Source: Podarcis bocagei
Taxonomy: Eukaryota
Length of the DNA: 64,000 bases
Direction: 5' to 3' (one strand)
NCBI GenBank assembly: GCA_964188305.1
Contig: OZ076893.1
The notes below the pieces were generated by a model, which saw only the letters and a list, made by a program, of their open reading frames with translations, was not told where the DNA came from and ran no database searches. Both the position numbers and the translations under genes were made by a program. Positions 36,573 through 48,159 of this stretch are shown piece after piece; the first letter of the stretch is position 1; each line of letters opens with the position of its first letter.

Positions 36573-37527
36573 CAGTGGTGCCCCGCAAGACGAATGCCTC
36601 GCAAGACGGAAAACCCGCAAGACGAAAGGGTTTTCCGTTTGCGAGTTGCTTCGCAAGACGAATTTCCCTATGGGCTTGCTTCGCGAGAAGAAAGCCCATA
36701 GGGAAATCTCCGGGGACCTCTTTTAAATGCTGGCGGTGGGGAGCAAAGCCTCCCCCCCCTCCGGCCTTCAGAAGAGGTCCAGGAAGGCCGGCGGGGGCCG
36801 AAAGGCTTTGCTCCCCACCGCCAGCATTTTAAAAGCAGTCCAGGATAGCAGGGAAGCGCTTCCCGCTATCCCGGACGGCTTTTGAAGGCAGGCGGGGGGG
36901 AGCAAAGACTTTCGCCCCCCGCCGGCCTTCAGAAGAGGTCCTGGACCTCTTCTGAAGGCCGGCGGGGGGCGAAAGTCTTTGCTCCCCCCTGCCTGCCTTC
37001 CCGGGAGAGCGGAGAAACGCACTGCGTTTCTCCGCTGTCCCGGACGGCTTTTAAAGGCAGGCGGGGGGGGGAGCAAAGACTTTCGCCCCCTGCCCGCCTT
37101 CAGAAGAGGTCCAGGACCTCTTCTGAAGGCGTGCGGGGGGCAAAAGTCTTTGTCCCCCCTGCCTGCCTTCCCAGGGGCTTTTAAATTGCCCCGGACAGCG
37201 GAGAAGTCCTCCGCTGTCCCGGGGCGATTTTAAAATGCCGCCCGCCAGCAGTTTAAGATCGCCCCGGACAGCGGAGAAGTCCTCCGCTGTCCCGGGGTTT
37301 TTTAAAATGCTGGGGGTGGGAAGAAAAGCCCTTGTCCCCCCCCCCCAGCCTTCAGAAGAGGTCGGGGGACAGACTGTCCCCGGACCTGGTCTGAAGGCGG
37401 TTTCCATAGGAACGCATTGATTGATTTTCAATGCATTCCTATGGGAAACCATGCTTCGCAAGACGAAAAACTCGCAAGAAGAAAAAACTTGCGGAACGAA
37501 TTAATTTCGTCTTGCGAGGCACCACTG
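36573..37527. mobile_element. Tc1/mariner (Tigger-like) non-autonomous element, 955 bp, with GC-rich internal palindromes
   Basis: TA TSD; 22-bp TIR CAGTGGTGCC(C/T)CGCAAGACGAA; no transposase ORF. Confidence 0.88.
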
Positions 37528-37625
37528 TATTGTGCTAATGTTAATATTGTTTGTTTGTTTCTCTTTTGCATATTATAAAAAATAACTGTTTATTAAAGGT
37601 TGGAAATAAGATGATTCAGACTTAC

Positions 37626-37859
37626 AGACTCAATGAGTTCTAGTGTCTCTGCAAATTCTGGAATGGTCTGTAGAGATGACAAAACCGCATTTGCCTCCAC
37701 GGCCAAATATTTGGTAGGAGAGTTCTGCTGAGCTGTTGCAGTCTGGGTTTCATCCAGATTATAGAAGTCATTTGTTTGTTCCCCAAGGCCATTTAGGGCA
37801 TTTGTCATACTATCTTCCATGATGAAGCCTCCAGACCAGTTAGAAAAATTTCCAGCTTG
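37626..37859 (-). CDS. MYBL1: A-Myb exon 9 (QAGNFSNWSG...PEFAETLELIES)
   Basis: FAETLELIES motif; 234 nt. Confidence 0.95.
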
Positions 37860-38589
37860 CTAAGAATACAAAAAGTGTTGCTTTTTATTGATATTAAACA
37901 TGACAGATGACTAACATAAATTACTTTTAGGCAACCTAGGTCCCACGTGCACTATCCACTTAAAGCAGTATCTCCTCAATTTACACAGTCATTGCTTCAC
38001 CCAAAGAATCATGGGAGCTGTAGTTGGTTTTTTTAGTGTTGTGAGAGTGGTTGGGAGACTCCAATTCCCCTCTCAGAATTACTATTCCCAGAGTTCCCTG
38101 GGAAGAAGGTCTGATTGTTAAACCACGCTGATTGGCATTTAGGCTATAGTTCAAGCATACTGGGATTCTAAGGAAAACACATTCCGTATGCAGAGAAAGA
38201 GCCAATGGCAGAAATAGCACAGAAGCTACTATTGTGCATGCAGCTACCTTCCTGCAACATTTCCTTTGCCCTCCATAATTTAGCAATGAAAGGTATTGAA
38301 AGCACCAACTTTCTTCTAAAAACTCTAAGATAGTTGTCCTAAGTAGCACATTATGTTATTCAAGCTATCTCAACTGCCCCTCCCTCTTGTCCCACTGTCC
38401 CAGTTGTACAGGGAAAACCAAGAGGACTCCCTCGAGGATTCCTGTATAAGCAAAGGAGAATGGGGAAGCAGAATACACATATGAAACAAATCAGAATCAT
38501 AAAGCTCATTCATTAATTTGTTTAAAATATGAACAGTAAAAGATAATTAGCCATCATGACATCATGATATTTATACAAAAAGTTCTTAC

Positions 38590-38691
38590 AGATGAGACTC
38601 TCTTTCTCCTGATTTCATTCTCAGCCGACATAAGTAACAGCTCAAGTTCCTTAATTTTTTTCTCTTTGTCAGGATCATCATCAAATGGCTG
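38590..38691 (-). CDS. MYBL1: A-Myb exon 8, transactivation region (QPFDDDPDKEKKIKELELLLMSAENE...)
   Basis: KIX-binding ELELLLMSAENE motif; CAGCAG tandem acceptor; 102 nt. Confidence 0.95.
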
Positions 38692-38842
38692 CTGGTGCAT
38701 ACATTGAAGGGAAAAGACAACACCAAAGGACAAAGTGTTATGTTTAGGGCACATTACTGAGAATGGCAACATATTTGCTGTTATAATTTTCTGCAAACTC
38801 AGTTAAACTTTGATAAGTTCTCATTTAAAACATGGATTGCCT

Positions 38843-38958
38843 GTGCTCGCTTGGGCAGCACATGTACTAGGGTTGGAGCGATACAGAGAAGATTAGCATG
38901 GCCCCTGTGCAAGTATGACATGCAGGTTCGTGAAGCGTTCCATTTTTAAAAAAAAAAA
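38843..38958 (+). pseudogene. RNU6: Full-length U6 snRNA retropseudogene with poly(A) tail and TSD
   Basis: About 89% identical to vertebrate U6 including the ACAGAGA box; A-tail 38948-38958; TSD ATGGATTGCC at 38832-38841 and 38958-38967; TTT/AAAA-like target. Confidence 0.93.
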
Positions 38959-39686
38959 TGGATTGCCAACACAGAGCCCACAGGTTCACATGCACCCAGA
39001 GGCCTTTCCTGGTGCCCATAAGTTCCACCCCCACTGTTCCTCCTGACTGCTTTTCAAGATTAGTTGCAACATAGGAGAAATTCTGAAGGATCACAGGCTC
39101 ACTGGGGATGATTATTCCGCCACCCCATGCCAAAAGAACTCCTCACAATACAAGTAGTCTTCAAAGAAGCCCTCTGTTGGCTACAGTAAGAGGTTTTTGA
39201 AGCTTAATTACAGTGGAGGAGAGGTGATTGTGGGTTGCAGCTAGGGAGGAAAGGATTGTTGTTTTCCTGCCCAGCTGCAACTCTCCAAAGTCGCAGGACC
39301 TGAGCAGAGGAGCACTCTCCCCTCCAGCGGTTTCCAGCAACTGGTATTCAGAATAGTTTGTTTTAAACTACAGTATTATTTAATACAATGTGATAGCCAG
39401 GCCACTGTAGGCCACACAATCTCTATCTGCACACCCGCCCCAAAGAAAAGGGGTAACACCTTATAACCTTTGAAACTAATTTTATAGACACATTTTTCGC
39501 CTGCACCGAATTCCTCTCAAAATGCTCTCCTAGAGGTCACATTATATACAAGCCATTATTCATTTTAATGGAACTGCTGCTCAACACAATCCTGGTGATA
39601 AAGTCCTTAAACTAAAACATTTGCATGCTATCTGCCAAATATTTTCATAAAAAGCTTTAAAATTCATCATTATAGACAGAACTTAC

Positions 39687-39761
39687 CTGAATGAAATTTG
39701 AAGAAGTTGTGACATGGTCAATGCAGTTGCCTTCTGTTGAAACATACTGATATCCTGGGAT
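39687..39761 (-). CDS. MYBL1: A-Myb exon 7 (IPGYQYVSTEGNCIDHVTTSSNFIQ)
   Basis: Matches human IPGYQYVSPEGNCIEHV; 75 nt. Confidence 0.94.
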
Positions 39762-41123
39762 CTAACAAATCAGAACTGTTCTTTATACACTGATTTTATA
39801 CACTTTATACACATTTTTCAATTTCAGCAATTTTTAAAAATTTGACACATACTTCTTTTCAAAAACTGATCAATTTGAGACAAATGAGGAACTCTCAGGT
39901 TATTAAATTATAAAAGAAAATTTATCCACCGTATCACTTTCATCACAATATCCATTTATCACACTTTTAATTTATCACAGTATCACTTGGAGACAAGAGA
40001 TCATTTTCCGAGTTTAAAAAAAAGGCTTATTGAGGCGGTAAACATTGGATTTTTAAATAAAAATTCTGAAGATATTTCCTCAACTACCATTTTTTTAACA
40101 GCAATAGTTTCTTTGTGATATAAGTTTTAACAGAGTGAGCAACCTTGGTAGGGTTGTCAAGATGCAGTGCACATGCTCTTTGATGGAACTGAGTATCTTT
40201 ACACATCTCAGTCTAAATAGCTGCCTAGTAGCTTTCAATGTTTCACTGTTGATATTTAAAGCCCTAAACAACTTGGGACCAGGATACATACTGTAGCAGA
40301 CAGCCTCCCTTGGCATAAACCAAGCCCGTCTTTTTTGTAAACCGCTTTAATGTTTTTTTCTACAATCAAGCAGTATATAAATTTTATGAAATAAATATAT
40401 TTCTAAGTTTTCACAAGGAGACGTGGGCCTTCTCAGCAACAGCACACACCTCAGGAATATCCTCCTTTGGGCCATTCATGAGGCAAAGACAGTAATAACT
40501 TTTAAATACCTCTTAAGAACTAACATTTACTCAACTCTTCCTGGACTCCAACTAACTTCCCCAACCTCTGTTTTGTACCCTGTCCAATTTGTAATACATA
40601 GTTTTGTTATTATTCTTCATCTGTTTTTGGAAACATTACTCAGTGTCATTTATTATGATGGTTCTTACACAAACCACTCCAATTTTTATTATATCCATCA
40701 GTATTCATCCATCACTATGCATTTTAATAAATAAATGAAACAGAAAACATCTATACCAGAAAAAGAGGGAATTTCAGCAGATTAGCTTGTCATGCCAGCT
40801 TCATCTAGGGAAATCCCTCGCTTTACATAACTATGAAAGGTACAGGAGCATTGCCTTATTTTTCACCTGGCTAGCCATAGCCCTCAGTCAAATTTCTAAA
40901 GTCCTTTGCAGAAGACTAATCTCTTCGAAGACCAAGAATGAAGAGAGAGCAGGAGAGGCAGTGTAGAGGGGTGTGTGAAAAGAGAAAGGGCTGCTGGGAG
41001 AAATAAAAACAGTGGCCCTACTCACCACTGGAGAGAATGCAGCACTTGACAGAAAAAAATTACCATCCATTTTAATATATGCTTCCAACTCCCGACACAC
41101 ACAAAAGGTTCTGAAGAACTTAC

Positions 41124-41307
41124 ATGTGCCTGCACTGGTATGTAAAACTGATTTGGGGTATGAAGATGGTCTGTAGATGCACAAGTTTTGTGCGGCAGTT
41201 TTGACGAACAAGGTCGCTCAGTCTTGATTCCATCTTGTAAATATCCTTCTTGTTCTACTTTTCTTCGCATAGTGGAGTTCCAATGATTTTTGATAGAATT
41301 GTCAGTC
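41124..41307 (-). CDS. MYBL1: A-Myb exon 6 ([24 protein letters not shown]...FYIPVQAH)
   Basis: End of Myb repeat R3; GTAAGT donor after 41124; an alternative GC donor 6 nt upstream is possible. Confidence 0.9.
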
Positions 41308-41930
41308 CTAAATCATGGGACAGATCCAGGCAAAGTAAAGCAATATAAAGTCTCATGTATTCAATGGATGAGAGTTAATCACCTTCTTAACTCTTATTGA
41401 AATGAATTAAACCATGAACACTATTTAACTTTGGCTGCATTGTGCCCAAAATGTAGAAATTATGTCGTTACATATTGCACTGACCTGAGAGCTTAGCTAT
41501 ATCAAGATAGAAACATGAGAGAAATAATGTCTTAAGAAGGAAAGATACCTCTCAGTACTTCTCTAAATTAAAAAGGGAAATTTCAAATATTTCTAAAACA
41601 GTACAATATTTCTTTTTCATACTAATAGAAAGGGACGGGGGATCTAAGAGGATTCTTCCTAACAGAAACTTGCACAAGTAGAATTTGGATTCCACCCAAG
41701 TATTAGTTTCTTTGTTATTGGAATCATAGCCGTCTGGAGGAAGAAATCTGTATTACTTTAACTGCTCTGAATATAGCATTAACAACTATTTAATTCAGAT
41801 TTTAAAATAACTCAAAATGCAAGATAAATTGCAGAGCACAAAAGAACAAAAGAGGAAAGGTATGCTATTTGATAAGCAGGACATTTGTAATTACTTAATC
41901 AACAAATACTACAAAATCCACTGCGAGATA

Positions 41931-42172
41931 CAGTGGTACCTCGGGTTAAGTACTTAATTCGTTCCGGAGGTCCGTTCTTAACCTGAAACTGTTCTTAACC
42001 TGAAGCACCACTTTAGCTAATGGGGCCTCCTGCTGCTGCCGCGCCGCTGGAGCACGATATCTGTTCTCATCCTGAAGTAAATTTCTTAACCCAAGGTAAT
42101 ATTTCTGGGTTAGGGGAGTCTGTAACCTGAAGCGTATGTAACCTGAAGCGTATGTAACCTGGGGTACCACTG
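41931..42172 (-). mobile_element. Tc1/mariner MITE, inverted relative to 35319-35544, with one extra 16-bp internal unit
   Basis: TA TSD, CAGTGGTACC TIRs, reverse-complement similarity to the other two copies. Confidence 0.9.
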
Positions 42173-42531
42173 TAATCCATTTCTTGGATATTTCTTCCTA
42201 GTTCACCCTTTAGAAACAAACTTTTACACTATCAATTCCTTCTATGCTGATTCTGGGGAGCACTTACACAGCTTAGCTCTGTAACATTCTTGGCATGGCA
42301 GGGGGTGATGGGAGAGGGGAAATAGATGTTGCAATATCAAGCAACATCATGGGTACTTGAAGAAACTAAAGGAGTTCAGTAGATTGCTGCCTGGTTACTT
42401 GAGCCAGAAGGCCACAGGACATCTAATATACCAAACTCCCTTCTTTCCTTTTCTAAGCCTCAGTGGTTACTGGTTTATGTAATCATGCCTGCCCAGAAAC
42501 ACATGCAAGGAAGGACCCCCCCCTCCTCCAA

Positions 42532-42534
<3 letters not shown>

Positions 42535-42579
<45 letters not shown>
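42535..42579 (+). repeat. (AC)n microsatellite
   Basis: Direct dinucleotide run. Confidence 0.95.
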
Positions 42580-42580
<1 letters not shown>

Positions 42581-42646
42581 AGCCCAATGAGCCTAGCTGG
42601 GAGAACTACTAGGTACTGCTCTACAAGTTTAAGAGAAATCTATGGA

Positions 42647-43013
42647 GGGACGCGGGTGGCGCTGTGGGTTAAAGCCTCAGCGCCTAGGGCTTGCCGATCG
42701 AAAGGTCGGCGGTTCGAATCCCCGCGGCGGGGTGCGCTCCCGCTGCTCGGTCCCAGCGCCTGCCAACCTAGCAGTTCGAAAGCACCCCCAGGTGCAAGTA
42801 GATAAATAGGTACCGCTTACCAGCGGGAAGGTAAACGGCGTTCCGTGTGCTGCGCTGGCTCGCCAGATGCAGCTTTGTCACGCTGGCCACGTGACCCGGA
42901 AGTGTCTCCGGACAGCGCTGGCCCCCGGCCAATAGATGTGAGATGGGCGCACAAACCCCAGAGTCTGTCAAGACTGGCCCGTTCGGGCAGGGGTACCTTT
43001 ACCTTTACCTTTA
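42647..43013 (+). mobile_element. Young CpG-rich Sauria SINE (distinct subfamily)
   Basis: Intact head and B box, (ACCTTT)3 tail, TSD CTATGGA at 42640-42646 and 43014-43020. Confidence 0.93.
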
Positions 43014-43233
43014 CTATGGAGATCAGTTGGGGACACTGGATGCTTGGCAGGATTGGCCAAGCAGAGGGACATTTATTGCTATGGCGCAGCCTACTGCACA
43101 AAAAATTGAGTTAAGACATGGCATAGAGAAGGGTGGAGCTTCTTTGAACATGTTAAACTGGGAGTGGGGGGAGGCCAGTGCCAATTATTTTGGCATAGGT
43201 TTCAGAAACCTAGAAATAATAGTGCGATTTTAC

Positions 43234-43454
43234 CTTCCGGGAAGCAACTTCGCAATTTCAGCCCATCGATTTCCCAAGCGTTTGTGAGCTTCATAGATGA
43301 TCCTGTCCTCCTCCTCAGTCCATGAAGATTTCTTTACCTCAGGATTAAGGTGATTATGCCAACGTTCTCGACATTGCTTCCCTATTCTTCCTTTTAAGTG
43401 CTTTGCAATCAAAGACCAACGCTTTGGACCATATTTCTGAACAAGCTCAATAAC
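43234..43454 (-). CDS. MYBL1: A-Myb exon 5, Myb repeats R2/R3
   Basis: VIELVQKYGPKRWSLIAKHLKGRIGKQCRERWHNHLNPEVKKSSWTEEED...LLPGR matches the human A-Myb sequence. Confidence 0.98.
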
Positions 43455-44121
43455 CTGGAACACAAATTGAACAGCAACAGTATGCAACTGATTACTATAT
43501 AAGAAAACAATAGCCATATTCATGATAAAGAATTAGAGAATCCTAATTACATTTATTTAGGCTATTTTTACTTGAAAAAATTAGTAATACTGAAGTAGTA
43601 CAAGATTGTGTCAAGCAAAATGATAAACATTTATATTTCAAAAGCTCCAAAAGACAGAGTGTCACTGACTTTTTAAATAAAAAATTGTACAGTTTCCAAC
43701 CAATGAGAAAGAAAATGCATTTTAGAAAACAGTCTGAAATATATCACTCTTCCTTTCCACATACTGTGTGGCCAAGTACAGGGTGAAATTAGAAAGCTTT
43801 TAACATGTAAGAAAAACAAACCAATTGTTACATTTTAACACATCAAAGTTAAATACATGACAGTGTTGTGAAAAACTGATAGCATTATCCTATGGGAAAT
43901 GAAATCAATTTGGGAAAATATTCAAGCAATCTAATTTATATTTTGGTTTTCATCCAAGTAAACTGTTAAGAGCACAACAATGGGACTGTGAACCCCATCC
44001 TACAATTGAGTCAGCCAAAAGGTAAAAGCAGTAAGGTAAAAGCAGGGTAGTGCACTCTTGGGCAATCCTACTGTGCTTTCAGAAACATAATTAATAATCA
44101 AGAAAAATATAGATCACTTAC

Positions 44122-44214
44122 CCTCTGATCCTCTTCCTTAGTCCAGGGGCCTTTAATAAGTTCTGGATTCAGGACTTTTTGCCAACGGTGCTGGCACTGA
44201 AAATCAGAACGATT
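44122..44214 (-). CDS. MYBL1: A-Myb exon 4 (NRSDFQCQHRWQKVLNPELIKGPWTKEEDQR)
   Basis: Myb R1/R2 sequence; 93 nt. Confidence 0.97.
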
Positions 44215-44414
44215 CTGCAGAAGAATGAAAAAAAAATCACTGTCCAACTGAAGACTCCATAAGGCTCCACTATACACCCAGAGCTTCCATTAGGAGCTTT
44301 GTTGTTGACTTCAGTGTGGGAGACATCTTGGCACATGCAATGGAGATGCACATGTGGCTTTTGAACTCTTGTATGTAAAATAAGAAAAATCTCATTGAAA
44401 TAATTTCTACTTAC

Positions 44415-44486
44415 TTGTAGATGACTAGCAATAAATGTCCAGTCACTTGTACCATGCTGTTCTACTAGCTTCTTCAGCTTTTCATC
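44415..44486 (-). CDS. MYBL1: A-Myb exon 3 (DEKLKKLVEQHGTSDWTFIASHLQ)
   Basis: Myb R1; 72 nt; AG/GT boundaries. Confidence 0.96.
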
Positions 44487-44574
44487 CTGTTAATACAGTT
44501 TTTAAAAACTTATAAATAGGCACATGACATTAGATCTAAACATAAAGAAAAGCCATTACCTGGTTAAGGCTCAC

Positions 44575-44680
44575 CTCATCACGCGTCCATTTTACTCTGT
44601 TACATATCTTCTTCGTTCCTTTTTGTTGTGGTACTTCATAGTCATGATCTGCATAGTGAAGGTCATCATCATCTTCCTCA
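44575..44680 (-). CDS. MYBL1: A-Myb exon 2 (SEEDDDDLHYADHDYEVPQQKG...KWTRDE)
   Basis: YADHDYEVPQQKG as in human; 106 nt. Confidence 0.96.
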
Positions 44681-47600
44681 CTGCAAAGTGCAAGCTAATA
44701 TTAAGTTAACATTGACAGTGAAACCATGCTTACTCAACAGCTTGAGAAATCTTTTTTAAAAAATAACAAATCATCAACAGAAGGCCCAATTCCAATTGTG
44801 GAACAGTAGCATGAGGGAAGGACAGTTTTCCTTCATTGTTTTCCCATTGACAGCCCCTGCACTGCTTTCAGTTAAGAAAAAGATGTAGGGCATCCAAGCA
44901 AAAGATTCAAATATTCCATTTAGGCAGGATCCAATACGGTCCTGAGATTAATGTCCTGGGTTTCTCAACTTAGTAACATTTGTTTTATATAAGGTCTGTC
45001 TTGTTGAAGAAGGGTGACTACATAAGAACTTGTTAATTTTTTATTGGAAAACCACAAACATAACTACAGTAACAAGTGTCCAGATTGTATTAAAGGTGGC
45101 CCTGTGTACAGGGAAACACACCATGCATTTTTCTATGTTAAATTTATTTCTATTCAAGAATGTTGTGTAGCAAATAGCATTAAGCTGGGAACTCAGGATG
45201 AAATAAAAGAAATAGGAAGAAGTTTGTCATCACCCTTGTACCTCCTTGATGTCTGTGCGCCATCTACTGGACAAAAAAAAACTAATTTCAAAACTATTGG
45301 GTGTTTACATCAAAAAATTTGTCCATAGTTGTATCACACTTCCTTCCTTCCAAAAAGAGGGTATAACAATTAAAGAACAGGGAAAAACCCACTAGCTTCT
45401 CACCTCCATCCCCTTTACAATATCTATTTGTGACACAATATTAATATTTGTAAATGCCCTATTTAGACAAATGTTTCAGCAGCTGCTTCCCTTCAGCCTT
45501 TCTAATAAATGTGCAGAAATAGATATTTTACAAATTTCCAATACATGTGAGGTGTAAGGTTACCAAAGAGCTATGCTTTTTAAATTACAGACAACAAGTG
45601 TACTACTGGTACATGATAGTCCCTGGATAGCTGGCCGGTTTGGTGGCACTGGATACTTTAAAGCCAGTCTAGACAGATATATGTGCACACATGCATGTGT
45701 ACAGGATTGGGGTAAAAGCAGACACTGAGGAACAGAGAGAAGGGGGCTTACAACTATATTGGGATAATAAAAAGCAGCACTATCTCTGAAGCATACTCTT
45801 TCCACATTTCCTCTGCCTTCATCTAACTTAGGCTTTGAGTGTTTATGGAGACAAACACCTGCAGTTTATAGGTTGCTTAACCCATGATGTAATCATGAAT
45901 GTCAGCATAACTCTCAGTCACCAAAAGGTTTCCTTTTTTACATTGCTGGATGCCTTCCTTGGTGTGACACACAAAAGGAAGTGAAGCAACTGTTCCTAAA
46001 TAGTATTGAAGAAATCCTATTTTTCCTAAAGATACTTCCCTGTAAGGAATGCCCTGTAAGGATTTCCCCAGTGTAGAAAACAGTAACACTACTTTGACGA
46101 AGCTGGTACTAGTGCCATGATGCAAAGTCATAAACCACTGTATAAATTCAAGTGAGACAAATAAGTTATCCCATGTAAACTTTTTAGGAACAGTGTTCCC
46201 ATGTACTGTAATATAATACACCCAGCCACCCACACACCCACACACACTATGCATACATTCCTCATACACAACAGTCTTCTTTTTCTGAGGCCCTTATGAG
46301 ATATGCTTAGTTTCCTATGTGTATATGATGAGCATGTACATGAGATGCCCACATCAACTGACTTCTCTCAAGATGTCATTCTTCAGGGAACTTAGCTCAG
46401 CTAGTATTTCTTTCTTTACTGTAGAAAGCAGTCACACTATTTTAAATTCTCTTTCTTCATTGAGAGAATGAGTAATTCAAAGTAGTCCCTAAAAATGTGG
46501 CTATTATTTGAATTCACAGTATTTCCAAGTTAAACACAGAATATGATTTGCAAACAAGTTCTAAACAGTGGGTTGTATTCAACAGAGCGCTAAACAAAAT
46601 GTTCCATCAATACAAAAGAATTTTTCCTTGCACAACACAATGTTCTCCCTCTCTCCTCCCCATATGCCCTCTCAAATATGCTTGGTGGTGGTGGTGTTCC
46701 TCCAGAGCAGATTTGGGGGTGGTGTGGAGTGCACATAGGGAGAGGAAAAGGGGTGAAATCTCACTGCAAAAGCACAACTATTTAGTTGAATGCTACCCCA
46801 TGGTTTCAACATTAAAAACAAACCTTAGAAAGAACATTACTGCTCTGCTTTGTAAAGGGGTATAGCAGGGTTGAGCCTTGCACATACAGTAATAAATCTT
46901 ATGTTATATACATTGAAAGCTAGGAGACGACTCAGATGTTTAGGATAGCAGTTGGGCAGTTCTTGATGCTTCATTTGTCTTGTTTTTCTGCTAAAAAAAT
47001 AAAAGTTTTGACAAAACAAAGAACAAGAAATACTGCTTAACACTACATTTGAACCAGGCCATAATATCCCATTTTAAGCCATGTTCACATTCAAAAAGTC
47101 ATTCACATTAGACTTAGTCTGTCCATTTTTACTTGGACATAAGTCCCACTGATTTCAAGAGTGGCTTATTTCCAAATAATTGGGCATAAGATAGTTGGCT
47201 AGCATTTCCAGAGTTGCAAATAAAACTAATAAACACAGAATTAAAATTGAGCCCACAAGTGTGTGCATGTGAACACATGAGAGAAAAGTAACAGACTGCC
47301 AATTCAAACTAAACTAAAAAAAATTAATCCAGTTTCAATCATTTTTAATATTCTAATGAAAGTAAAAAGGCAGTTTTATGAATGTCAAAGCCATTAGCAC
47401 ACTACCCAAACTGCATTTGTAAGAACCATTGTTAACATTAATCTGATAGATAAGTAATTCCACAATAGTTTTTCTATCCTCTATCCTGAATATCTAGTTT
47501 GATACTGTACATAAACTATCTACACCAGAATGAAATTATTACACATTCTTGTTTTGAGATCTGTATGTCAATTCTATGATCACACAGGGTGTAAATTTCA

Positions 47601-48159
47601 GAGTGATTTGTTGTAGAAATACGAAAAAAATGTTTGTACGAGAATAAAACACACTGTACATGTCTTTATATGCAGGCAACACTCTCTCTCTTGTCAGGTC
47701 CTTAAGGTCAACATGGACATTGCTTTCCTCCCCGTTGCAGCCCCCCCCCGCAACAACAATAATTAGCTTTCTACCTTGCCTTCCCAAGGAAGAAAACACA
47801 GTGCCATGTCTCATTTAGAAACAGCTGTACAATCTACTATTCTCATACAGAGGAAGGATAAAAAAAGAAAAAACCACTGTATCGACACTACAGTAAATAA
47901 GCGACAGAGGGAATTACCAGGATAAGAGGACATGAATTACCAATATGAAAGGCTCTTTTGTCATTGTTATGTGACTCGATGCCAAAACACAAAAACAAAG
48001 AAAATAGGGTGGAGCCCAGAGGGCAGTATAAATTTCCAAAGGGGAAGAAATCCGAGTGTTGGAATAGTGCTGTAGCTGGGGGCAAGGTGGAGAACCAAGT
48101 GAAAAGATTACTACTGAATACACAAGATTCTGTGTCCCCTTGTGCTCTGTGAATAATAT

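Noticed and set aside
36514-37461. Overlapping ORFs on both strands
   Set aside because: Arise from the palindromic interior of a non-autonomous transposon; no DDE/D transposase motifs
38843-38947. Functional U6 snRNA gene
   Set aside because: Poly(A) tail, TSD, multiple substitutions and no evident upstream PSE/TATA indicate a retrocopy
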